DNA of 35,848 nt from Nemertoderma westbladi (Eukaryota; Animalia; Xenacoelomorpha): positions 1-35,848 of the forward strand of contig JAUCBJ010006814.1 in assembly GCA_032718475.1 (NCBI GenBank). Direction: 5' to 3'. This document shows, in pieces, positions 11,095 through 22,853 of this stretch. Each line of letters begins with the position of its first letter. Within the stretch, counting starts at the first letter, position 1. The notes under the pieces were generated by a model. That model saw only the letters and a program-made list of their open reading frames with translations, searched no databases and was not told the DNA's origin. The translations under genes and the position numbers were made by a program.

Positions 11095-11382
11095 CCATCT
11101 ATCAATGATAATTACGAACTATTTAACTTCCAGTCACATCTGATCAAGTGAGTCCCCCTACGTGGTTAGAAATAGAGAGAGAGAACCTGTTTGATTGATG
11201 ACCTTCCCCTTTTCCCTCATCTGAATTCGTTTAAGCTGAATCTTTACATATAGGGTACTGTATGTACTGGAAAACTGACTGCTTATTTGTGGGACTGTAC
11301 TCCATCTACACTTATACAATTTGCCGCTAGAGGTCGAAGTATTTGAAAGTGAAAATCTTCTCTCATTTTTTCGGATTTGTTA

Positions 11383-11419
11383 TACAGAGACGAATTTGTC
11401 TAACCAAAACAATAAACGA
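11383..11419 (-). repeat. Single inverted copy of the 68-bp minisatellite core; possible transposon terminus (TA|CAGAG...)
   Basis: TACAGAGACGAATTTGTCTAACCAAAACAATAAACGA is the reverse complement of TCGTTTATTGTTTTGGTTAGAAAATCCCGCCTCTGTA at 32/37 positions by manual alignment. Confidence 0.7.
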
Positions 11420-11724
11420 GGTTGTTAACAATGATTTGAGGGCGAAGTTTGCTGCGTCCCGTCTTACTGCCCAGACCACGTTCATAAAAATTCAACCCAT
11501 TTCCCCAACGGTGGAAGGAGATGAGTAGAAAACATCCAGCCATGGAATACAAATTTATATACGAATTTTACTTAAAAAGTATCCTTTTGAGCTTTACTTG
11601 TGTATTATGAAGTGTTCACTTCAAACATAAGTAAACACTTTGTTTTATTCAAATCAACTTAACTCTACACTTCACTCTTCACTTCATTTTTATTCAAGCA
11701 TAAGAAGTATCTTTGAATGTTTGC

Positions 11725-14700
11725 AAGTGTTTACTTGAAGTGAAAGTGTTTACTTGAAGTGAAAGTGTTTACTTGAAGTGAAAGTGTTTACTTGAAGTGA
11801 AAGTGTTTACTTGAAGTGAAAGTGTTTACTTGAAGTGAAAGTGTTTACTTGAAGTGAAAGTGTTTACTTGAAGTGAAAGTGTTTACTTGAAGTGAAAGTG
11901 TTTACTTGAAGTGAAAGTGTTTACTTGAAGTGAAAGTGTTTACTTGAAGTGAAAGTGTTTACTTGAAGTGAAAGTGTTTACTTGAAGTGAAAGTGTTTAC
12001 TTGAAGTGAAAGTGTTTACTTGAAGTGAAAGTGTTTACTTGAAGTGAAAGTGTTTACTTGAAGTGAAAGTGTTTACTTGAAGTGAAAGTGTTTACTTGAA
12101 GTGAAAGTGTTTACTTGAAGTGAAAGTGTTTACTTGAAGTGAAAGTGTTTACTTGAAGTGAAAGTGTTTACTTGAAGTGAAAGTGTTTACTTGAAGTGAA
12201 AGTGTTTACTTGAAGTGAAAGTGTTTACTTGAAGTGAAAGTGTTTACTTGAAGTGAAAGTGTTTACTTGAAGTGAAAGTGTTTACTTGAAGTGAAAGTGT
12301 TTACTTGAAGTGAAAGTGTTTACTTGAAGTGAAAGTGTTTACTTGAAGTGAAAGTGTTTACTTGAAGTGAAAGTGTTTACTTGAAGTGAAAGTGTTTACT
12401 TGAAGTGAAAGTGTTTACTTGAAGTGAAAGTGTTTACTTGAAGTGAAAGTGTTTACTTGAAGTGAAAGTGTTTACTTGAAGTGAAAGTGTTTACTTGAAG
12501 TGAAAGTGTTTACTTGAAGTGAAAGTGTTTACTTGAAGTGAAAGTGTTTACTTGAAGTGAAAGTGTTTACTTGAAGTGAAAGTGTTTACTTGAAGTGAAA
12601 GTGTTTACTTGAAGTGAAAGTGTTTACTTGAAGTGAAAGTGTTTACTTGAAGTGAAAGTGTTTACTTGAAGTGAAAGTGTTTACTTGAAGTGAAAGTGTT
12701 TACTTGAAGTGAAAGTGTTTACTTGAAGTGAAAGTGTTTACTTGAAGTGAAAGTGTTTACTTGAAGTGAAAGTGTTTACTTGAAGTGAAAGTGTTTACTT
12801 GAAGTGAAAGTGTTTACTTGAAGTGAAAGTGTTTACTTGAAGTGAAAGTGTTTACTTGAAGTGAAAGTGTTTACTTGAAGTGAAAGTGTTTACTTGAAGT
12901 GAAAGTGTTTACTTGAAGTGAAAGTGTTTACTTGAAGTGAAAGTGTTTACTTGAAGTGAAAGTGTTTACTTGAAGTGAAAGTGTTTACTTGAAGTGAAAG
13001 TGTTTACTTGAAGTGAAAGTGTTTACTTGAAGTGAAAGTGTTTACTTGAAGTGAAAGTGTTTACTTGAAGTGAAAGTGTTTACTTGAAGTGAAAGTGTTT
13101 ACTTGAAGTGAAAGTGTTTACTTGAAGTGAAAGTGTTTACTTGAAGTGAAAGTGTTTACTTGAAGTGAAAGTGTTTACTTGAAGTGAAAGTGTTTACTTG
13201 AAGTGAAAGTGTTTACTTGAAGTGAAAGTGTTTACTTGAAGTGAAAGTGTTTACTTGAAGTGAAAGTGTTTACTTGAAGTGAAAGTGTTTACTTGAAGTG
13301 AAAGTGTTTACTTGAAGTGAAAGTGTTTACTTGAAGTGAAAGTGTTTACTTGAAGTGAAAGTGTTTACTTGAAGTGAAAGTGTTTACTTGAAGTGAAAGT
13401 GTTTACTTGAAGTGAAAGTGTTTACTTGAAGTGAAAGTGTTTACTTGAAGTGAAAGTGTTTACTTGAAGTGAAAGTGTTTACTTGAAGTGAAAGTGTTTA
13501 CTTGAAGTGAAAGTGTTTACTTGAAGTGAAAGTGTTTACTTGAAGTGAAAGTGTTTACTTGAAGTGAAAGTGTTTACTTGAAGTGAAAGTGTTTACTTGA
13601 AGTGAAAGTGTTTACTTGAAGTGAAAGTGTTTACTTGAAGTGAAAGTGTTTACTTGAAGTGAAAGTGTTTACTTGAAGTGAAAGTGTTTACTTGAAGTGA
13701 AAGTGTTTACTTGAAGTGAAAGTGTTTACTTGAAGTGAAAGTGTTTACTTGAAGTGAAAGTGTTTACTTGAAGTGAAAGTGTTTACTTGAAGTGAAAGTG
13801 TTTACTTGAAGTGAAAGTGTTTACTTGAAGTGAAAGTGTTTACTTGAAGTGAAAGTGTTTACTTGAAGTGAAAGTGTTTACTTGAAGTGAAAGTGTTTAC
13901 TTGAAGTGAAAGTGTTTACTTGAAGTGAAAGTGTTTACTTGAAGTGAAAGTGTTTACTTGAAGTGAAAGTGTTTACTTGAAGTGAAAGTGTTTACTTGAA
14001 GTGAAAGTGTTTACTTGAAGTGAAAGTGTTTACTTGAAGTGAAAGTGTTTACTTGAAGTGAAAGTGTTTACTTGAAGTGAAAGTGTTTACTTGAAGTGAA
14101 AGTGTTTACTTGAAGTGAAAGTGTTTACTTGAAGTGAAAGTGTTTACTTGAAGTGAAAGTGTTTACTTGAAGTGAAAGTGTTTACTTGAAGTGAAAGTGT
14201 TTACTTGAAGTGAAAGTGTTTACTTGAAGTGAAAGTGTTTACTTGAAGTGAAAGTGTTTACTTGAAGTGAAAGTGTTTACTTGAAGTGAAAGTGTTTACT
14301 TGAAGTGAAAGTGTTTACTTGAAGTGAAAGTGTTTACTTGAAGTGAAAGTGTTTACTTGAAGTGAAAGTGTTTACTTGAAGTGAAAGTGTTTACTTGAAG
14401 TGAAAGTGTTTACTTGAAGTGAAAGTGTTTACTTGAAGTGAAAGTGTTTACTTGAAGTGAAAGTGTTTACTTGAAGTGAAAGTGTTTACTTGAAGTGAAA
14501 GTGTTTACTTGAAGTGAAAGTGTTTACTTGAAGTGAAAGTGTTTACTTGAAGTGAAAGTGTTTACTTGAAGTGAAAGTGTTTACTTGAAGTGAAAGTGTT
14601 TACTTGAAGTGAAAGTGTTTACTTGAAGTGAAAGTGTTTACTTGAAGTGAAAGTGTTTACTTGAAGTGAAAGTGTTTACTTGAAGTGAAAGTGTTTACTT

Positions 14701-17700
14701 GAAGTGAAAGTGTTTACTTGAAGTGAAAGTGTTTACTTGAAGTGAAAGTGTTTACTTGAAGTGAAAGTGTTTACTTGAAGTGAAAGTGTTTACTTGAAGT
14801 GAAAGTGTTTACTTGAAGTGAAAGTGTTTACTTGAAGTGAAAGTGTTTACTTGAAGTGAAAGTGTTTACTTGAAGTGAAAGTGTTTACTTGAAGTGAAAG
14901 TGTTTACTTGAAGTGAAAGTGTTTACTTGAAGTGAAAGTGTTTACTTGAAGTGAAAGTGTTTACTTGAAGTGAAAGTGTTTACTTGAAGTGAAAGTGTTT
15001 ACTTGAAGTGAAAGTGTTTACTTGAAGTGAAAGTGTTTACTTGAAGTGAAAGTGTTTACTTGAAGTGAAAGTGTTTACTTGAAGTGAAAGTGTTTACTTG
15101 AAGTGAAAGTGTTTACTTGAAGTGAAAGTGTTTACTTGAAGTGAAAGTGTTTACTTGAAGTGAAAGTGTTTACTTGAAGTGAAAGTGTTTACTTGAAGTG
15201 AAAGTGTTTACTTGAAGTGAAAGTGTTTACTTGAAGTGAAAGTGTTTACTTGAAGTGAAAGTGTTTACTTGAAGTGAAAGTGTTTACTTGAAGTGAAAGT
15301 GTTTACTTGAAGTGAAAGTGTTTACTTGAAGTGAAAGTGTTTACTTGAAGTGAAAGTGTTTACTTGAAGTGAAAGTGTTTACTTGAAGTGAAAGTGTTTA
15401 CTTGAAGTGAAAGTGTTTACTTGAAGTGAAAGTGTTTACTTGAAGTGAAAGTGTTTACTTGAAGTGAAAGTGTTTACTTGAAGTGAAAGTGTTTACTTGA
15501 AGTGAAAGTGTTTACTTGAAGTGAAAGTGTTTACTTGAAGTGAAAGTGTTTACTTGAAGTGAAAGTGTTTACTTGAAGTGAAAGTGTTTACTTGAAGTGA
15601 AAGTGTTTACTTGAAGTGAAAGTGTTTACTTGAAGTGAAAGTGTTTACTTGAAGTGAAAGTGTTTACTTGAAGTGAAAGTGTTTACTTGAAGTGAAAGTG
15701 TTTACTTGAAGTGAAAGTGTTTACTTGAAGTGAAAGTGTTTACTTGAAGTGAAAGTGTTTACTTGAAGTGAAAGTGTTTACTTGAAGTGAAAGTGTTTAC
15801 TTGAAGTGAAAGTGTTTACTTGAAGTGAAAGTGTTTACTTGAAGTGAAAGTGTTTACTTGAAGTGAAAGTGTTTACTTGAAGTGAAAGTGTTTACTTGAA
15901 GTGAAAGTGTTTACTTGAAGTGAAAGTGTTTACTTGAAGTGAAAGTGTTTACTTGAAGTGAAAGTGTTTACTTGAAGTGAAAGTGTTTACTTGAAGTGAA
16001 AGTGTTTACTTGAAGTGAAAGTGTTTACTTGAAGTGAAAGTGTTTACTTGAAGTGAAAGTGTTTACTTGAAGTGAAAGTGTTTACTTGAAGTGAAAGTGT
16101 TTACTTGAAGTGAAAGTGTTTACTTGAAGTGAAAGTGTTTACTTGAAGTGAAAGTGTTTACTTGAAGTGAAAGTGTTTACTTGAAGTGAAAGTGTTTACT
16201 TGAAGTGAAAGTGTTTACTTGAAGTGAAAGTGTTTACTTGAAGTGAAAGTGTTTACTTGAAGTGAAAGTGTTTACTTGAAGTGAAAGTGTTTACTTGAAG
16301 TGAAAGTGTTTACTTGAAGTGAAAGTGTTTACTTGAAGTGAAAGTGTTTACTTGAAGTGAAAGTGTTTACTTGAAGTGAAAGTGTTTACTTGAAGTGAAA
16401 GTGTTTACTTGAAGTGAAAGTGTTTACTTGAAGTGAAAGTGTTTACTTGAAGTGAAAGTGTTTACTTGAAGTGAAAGTGTTTACTTGAAGTGAAAGTGTT
16501 TACTTGAAGTGAAAGTGTTTACTTGAAGTGAAAGTGTTTACTTGAAGTGAAAGTGTTTACTTGAAGTGAAAGTGTTTACTTGAAGTGAAAGTGTTTACTT
16601 GAAGTGAAAGTGTTTACTTGAAGTGAAAGTGTTTACTTGAAGTGAAAGTGTTTACTTGAAGTGAAAGTGTTTACTTGAAGTGAAAGTGTTTACTTGAAGT
16701 GAAAGTGTTTACTTGAAGTGAAAGTGTTTACTTGAAGTGAAAGTGTTTACTTGAAGTGAAAGTGTTTACTTGAAGTGAAAGTGTTTACTTGAAGTGAAAG
16801 TGTTTACTTGAAGTGAAAGTGTTTACTTGAAGTGAAAGTGTTTACTTGAAGTGAAAGTGTTTACTTGAAGTGAAAGTGTTTACTTGAAGTGAAAGTGTTT
16901 ACTTGAAGTGAAAGTGTTTACTTGAAGTGAAAGTGTTTACTTGAAGTGAAAGTGTTTACTTGAAGTGAAAGTGTTTACTTGAAGTGAAAGTGTTTACTTG
17001 AAGTGAAAGTGTTTACTTGAAGTGAAAGTGTTTACTTGAAGTGAAAGTGTTTACTTGAAGTGAAAGTGTTTACTTGAAGTGAAAGTGTTTACTTGAAGTG
17101 AAAGTGTTTACTTGAAGTGAAAGTGTTTACTTGAAGTGAAAGTGTTTACTTGAAGTGAAAGTGTTTACTTGAAGTGAAAGTGTTTACTTGAAGTGAAAGT
17201 GTTTACTTGAAGTGAAAGTGTTTACTTGAAGTGAAAGTGTTTACTTGAAGTGAAAGTGTTTACTTGAAGTGAAAGTGTTTACTTGAAGTGAAAGTGTTTA
17301 CTTGAAGTGAAAGTGTTTACTTGAAGTGAAAGTGTTTACTTGAAGTGAAAGTGTTTACTTGAAGTGAAAGTGTTTACTTGAAGTGAAAGTGTTTACTTGA
17401 AGTGAAAGTGTTTACTTGAAGTGAAAGTGTTTACTTGAAGTGAAAGTGTTTACTTGAAGTGAAAGTGTTTACTTGAAGTGAAAGTGTTTACTTGAAGTGA
17501 AAGTGTTTACTTGAAGTGAAAGTGTTTACTTGAAGTGAAAGTGTTTACTTGAAGTGAAAGTGTTTACTTGAAGTGAAAGTGTTTACTTGAAGTGAAAGTG
17601 TTTACTTGAAGTGAAAGTGTTTACTTGAAGTGAAAGTGTTTACTTGAAGTGAAAGTGTTTACTTGAAGTGAAAGTGTTTACTTGAAGTGAAAGTGTTTAC

Positions 17701-20012
17701 TTGAAGTGAAAGTGTTTACTTGAAGTGAAAGTGTTTACTTGAAGTGAAAGTGTTTACTTGAAGTGAAAGTGTTTACTTGAAGTGAAAGTGTTTACTTGAA
17801 GTGAAAGTGTTTACTTGAAGTGAAAGTGTTTACTTGAAGTGAAAGTGTTTACTTGAAGTGAAAGTGTTTACTTGAAGTGAAAGTGTTTACTTGAAGTGAA
17901 AGTGTTTACTTGAAGTGAAAGTGTTTACTTGAAGTGAAAGTGTTTACTTGAAGTGAAAGTGTTTACTTGAAGTGAAAGTGTTTACTTGAAGTGAAAGTGT
18001 TTACTTGAAGTGAAAGTGTTTACTTGAAGTGAAAGTGTTTACTTGAAGTGAAAGTGTTTACTTGAAGTGAAAGTGTTTACTTGAAGTGAAAGTGTTTACT
18101 TGAAGTGAAAGTGTTTACTTGAAGTGAAAGTGTTTACTTGAAGTGAAAGTGTTTACTTGAAGTGAAAGTGTTTACTTGAAGTGAAAGTGTTTACTTGAAG
18201 TGAAAGTGTTTACTTGAAGTGAAAGTGTTTACTTGAAGTGAAAGTGTTTACTTGAAGTGAAAGTGTTTACTTGAAGTGAAAGTGTTTACTTGAAGTGAAA
18301 GTGTTTACTTGAAGTGAAAGTGTTTACTTGAAGTGAAAGTGTTTACTTGAAGTGAAAGTGTTTACTTGAAGTGAAAGTGTTTACTTGAAGTGAAAGTGTT
18401 TACTTGAAGTGAAAGTGTTTACTTGAAGTGAAAGTGTTTACTTGAAGTGAAAGTGTTTACTTGAAGTGAAAGTGTTTACTTGAAGTGAAAGTGTTTACTT
18501 GAAGTGAAAGTGTTTACTTGAAGTGAAAGTGTTTACTTGAAGTGAAAGTGTTTACTTGAAGTGAAAGTGTTTACTTGAAGTGAAAGTGTTTACTTGAAGT
18601 GAAAGTGTTTACTTGAAGTGAAAGTGTTTACTTGAAGTGAAAGTGTTTACTTGAAGTGAAAGTGTTTACTTGAAGTGAAAGTGTTTACTTGAAGTGAAAG
18701 TGTTTACTTGAAGTGAAAGTGTTTACTTGAAGTGAAAGTGTTTACTTGAAGTGAAAGTGTTTACTTGAAGTGAAAGTGTTTACTTGAAGTGAAAGTGTTT
18801 ACTTGAAGTGAAAGTGTTTACTTGAAGTGAAAGTGTTTACTTGAAGTGAAAGTGTTTACTTGAAGTGAAAGTGTTTACTTGAAGTGAAAGTGTTTACTTG
18901 AAGTGAAAGTGTTTACTTGAAGTGAAAGTGTTTACTTGAAGTGAAAGTGTTTACTTGAAGTGAAAGTGTTTACTTGAAGTGAAAGTGTTTACTTGAAGTG
19001 AAAGTGTTTACTTGAAGTGAAAGTGTTTACTTGAAGTGAAAGTGTTTACTTGAAGTGAAAGTGTTTACTTGAAGTGAAAGTGTTTACTTGAAGTGAAAGT
19101 GTTTACTTGAAGTGAAAGTGTTTACTTGAAGTGAAAGTGTTTACTTGAAGTGAAAGTGTTTACTTGAAGTGAAAGTGTTTACTTGAAGTGAAAGTGTTTA
19201 CTTGAAGTGAAAGTGTTTACTTGAAGTGAAAGTGTTTACTTGAAGTGAAAGTGTTTACTTGAAGTGAAAGTGTTTACTTGAAGTGAAAGTGTTTACTTGA
19301 AGTGAAAGTGTTTACTTGAAGTGAAAGTGTTTACTTGAAGTGAAAGTGTTTACTTGAAGTGAAAGTGTTTACTTGAAGTGAAAGTGTTTACTTGAAGTGA
19401 AAGTGTTTACTTGAAGTGAAAGTGTTTACTTGAAGTGAAAGTGTTTACTTGAAGTGAAAGTGTTTACTTGAAGTGAAAGTGTTTACTTGAAGTGAAAGTG
19501 TTTACTTGAAGTGAAAGTGTTTACTTGAAGTGAAAGTGTTTACTTGAAGTGAAAGTGTTTACTTGAAGTGAAAGTGTTTACTTGAAGTGAAAGTGTTTAC
19601 TTGAAGTGAAAGTGTTTACTTGAAGTGAAAGTGTTTACTTGAAGTGAAAGTGTTTACTTGAAGTGAAAGTGTTTACTTGAAGTGAAAGTGTTTACTTGAA
19701 GTGAAAGTGTTTACTTGAAGTGAAAGTGTTTACTTGAAGTGAAAGTGTTTACTTGAAGTGAAAGTGTTTACTTGAAGTGAAAGTGTTTACTTGAAGTGAA
19801 AGTGTTTACTTGAAGTGAAAGTGTTTACTTGAAGTGAAAGTGTTTACTTGAAGTGAAAGTGTTTACTTGAAGTGAAAGTGTTTACTTGAAGTGAAAGTGT
19901 TTACTTGAAGTGAAAGTGTTTACTTGAAGTGAAAGTGTTTACTTGAAGTGAAAGTGTTTACTTGAAGTGAAAGTGTTTACTTGAAGTGAAAGTGTTTACT
20001 TGAAGTGAAAGT
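11725..20012. repeat. Homogeneous tandem array of the 19-bp unit AAGTGTTTACTTGAAGTGA, ~436 copies
   Basis: Line phase recurs exactly every 1140 bp (60 units) at 11761, 12901, 14041 through 19741. No variant unit was seen by eye. Confidence 0.99.
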
Positions 20013-20313
20013 TGTTTTTATTCAAACAACCCATTATGTGAACCTGAACATGCCTTAAAGCAAAATATATATTTCAGTGTTTACGATGATTACTGGCTGG
20101 CTGGACACGATTATTTTTTTTCTTTTAATACATTTTGTTAATGAAAAGCATTAAAAGATAGAAACATCAAGTCAAGATACCACCTTTAATGTTCCCATTA
20201 GAAAATAAGAACACATTTTTTTAATTAGACCTTTAGGCCTATTTATTGCATGGTAAATAATGTAAAATATTATTTTCAATATACTCGAAATATTTTATTT
20301 AGCATTATATTTA

Positions 20314-20511
20314 GGGCCGCGTTCATACTACCGAGTCTAAGTCAGAAGACAAAATCAAATGAAAATAAATATAGCTAGCAATAGTAATAATAATACATAT
20401 AATTTATATATAATATAATACGAGGGCATTCATTAATAATTATATTTCATGTGATGTGTTTTACTTTTAGATTTTGTCTTCTGACTTTGACTCGGTAGTG
20501 TGAACGGGGCC
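20314..20511. mobile_element. ~200-bp MITE, PIF/Harbinger-like
   Basis: ~43-bp imperfect TIRs GGCCGCGTTCATACTACCGAGTCTAAGTCAGAAGACAAAATC / GATTTTGTCTTCTGACTTTGACTCGGTAGTGTGAACGGGGCC, TTA on both flanks and an AT-rich core. Confidence 0.8.
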
Positions 20512-20760
20512 TTAGTAACAATTTGTGGGGGAGCAGCGCTGCGCACAAGTTATAAATAATACCTAGTTACGTAAGGCCTAAGCCTACCTTTTCAAATACT
20601 GTAGTAATAGCTATCAAAATAATTAATGTTTAATAATTATGAGACATCTAAGAGGATATTTTAAAAAATGTGAACCAAAAAGCCCAGGAGTAGGCCTTTC
20701 ATCAAATAGCAAACCGAATTAATTTATTAGGCCTATATATTATTTCTTACGCCCTCCTAA

Positions 20761-22470
20761 CACGGTGCAACTTGTTTCTGAAACTTGTTGCTGGACCCCC
20801 TCACACACAGAAACTTGTTGCTGGACCCCCTCAGCCCTCACACACAGAAACATGTCGCTGGACCCCCTCACACACAGAAACTTGTCGCTGGACCCCCTCA
20901 CACACAGAAACTTGTCGCTGGACCCACTCACACACAGAAACTTGTCGCTGGACCCCCTCACACACAGAAACTTGTCGCTGGACCCCCTCACACACAGAAA
21001 CTTGTCGCTGGACCCCCTCACACACAGAAACTTGTCGCTGGACCCCCTCACACACAGAAACTTGTCGCTGGACCCCCTCACACACAGAAACTTGTCGCTG
21101 GACCCCCTCACACACAGAAACTTGTCGCTGGACCCCCTCACACACAGAAACTTGTTGCTGGACCCCCTCACACACAGAAACTTGTCGCTGGACCCCCTCA
21201 CACACAGAAACTTGTCGCTGGACCCCCTCACACACAGAAACTTGTCGCTGGACCCCCTCACACACAGAAACTTGTCGCTGGACCCCCTCACACACAGAAA
21301 CTTGTCGCTGGACCCCCTCACACACAGAAACTTGTCGCTGGACCCCCTCACACACAGAAACTTGTCGCTGGACCCCCTCACACACATAAACTTGTCGCTG
21401 GACCCCCTCACACACAGAAACTTGTCGCTGGACCCCCTCACACACAGAAACTTGTCGCTGGACCCCCTCACACACAGAAACTTGTCGCTGGACCCCCTCA
21501 CACACAGAAACTTGTCGCTGGACCCCCTCACACACAGAAACTTGTCGCTGGACCCCCTCACACACAGAAACTTGTCGCTGGACCCCCTCACATACAGAAA
21601 CTTGTCGCTGGACCCCCTCACACACAGAAACTTGTCGCTGGACCCCCTCACACACAGAAACTTGTCGCTGGACCCCCTCACACACAGAAACTTGTCGCTG
21701 GACCCCCTCACACACAGAAACTTGTCCCTGGACCCCCTCACACACAGAAACTTGTCGCTGGACCCTCTCACACACAGAAACTTGTCGCTGGACCCCCTCA
21801 CACACAGAAACTTGTCGCTGGACCCCCTCACACACAGAAACTTCTCGCTGGGCCCCCTCACACACAGAAACTTGTCGCTGGACCCCCTCACACACAGAAA
21901 CTTGTCGCTGGACCCCCTCACACACAGAAACTTGTCGCTGGACCCCCTCAGCCTCACACACAGAAACTTGTTGCTGGACCCCCTCAGCCTCACACACAGA
22001 AACTTGTCGCTGGACCCCCTCACACACAGAAACTTGTCGCTGGACCCCCTCACACACAGAAACTTGTCGCTGGACCCCCTCACACACAGAAACTTGTTGC
22101 TGGACCCCCTCAGCCCTCACACACAGAAACTTGTTGCTGGACCCCCTCACACACAGAAACTTGTCGCTGGACCCCCTCACACACATAAAATTGTCGCTGG
22201 ACCCCCTCACACACATAAAATTGTCGCTGGACCCCCTCACACACAGAAACTTGTCGCTGGACCCCCTCACACACAGATACTTGTCGCTGGACCATCTCAC
22301 AGACAGAAACTTGTCGCTGGACCCCGTCACACACAGAAACTTCTCGCTGGGCCCCCTCACACACAGAAACTTGTTGCTGGACGCCCTCACACACAGAAAC
22401 TTGTTGCTGGACCCCCTCACACACAGAAACTTGTTGCTGCAACTTGTTTCCGAAACTTGTTTCTGTGTGT
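20761..22470 (+). repeat. 30-bp tandem array (CTTGTCGCTGGACCCCCTCACACACAGAAA), ~55 copies; probably the amplified interior of a MITE-like element
   Basis: Clear 30-bp period. It starts CACGGTGCAACTTGTTTC and ends GTTTCTGTGTGT, where the Academ-like element is inserted. Confidence 0.97.
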
Positions 22471-22853
22471 TAATCTGGTTCCAAATCCTGAAAATACGCC
22501 TAGAAAGTGAGGTCATTTGCAAAAAAACCACTTTCTATTGACTCTACAGAATTCTAACCTTGACCTACCCCATACCCCCCCCCCCCCCCCCCCCCCCTAA
22601 ACCGGCATCAGAGAATCCATTGAGGTACATTTCCAAAACCCAGTTACCATGGTAACTGTTCGAAATACGTCTTCAAATGTCGTTTTCACTGCGAATTTAG
22701 GTGATTTTTTGCAAATATCAATATCAATCTAAACCATTGCCAAATACGTGTTCCCCTTGGACTAAAATCATGAAACATTCCAAATATATTGTCAATATGA
22801 CCCTCTATATTTTTTATGGTGGCGCCATAAAATGGATTAGCAGTTGCCATGTA

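Noticed and set aside
10-20012. CRISPR array interpretation of the tandem repeats
   Set aside because: There are no unique spacers between repeats, no cas genes, and the context is eukaryotic.
11725-20012. Telomere
   Set aside because: The array is interstitial with unique sequence on both sides, and the unit is unlike known animal telomeric repeats.
20740-22541. Long repetitive ORFs (LSLDPLTHRN, VRGSSDKFLC, EGVQRQVSVC and others)
   Set aside because: The 30-bp unit is stop-free in five of six frames, so ORFs are automatic. Indels switch frames freely and there are no unique domains.
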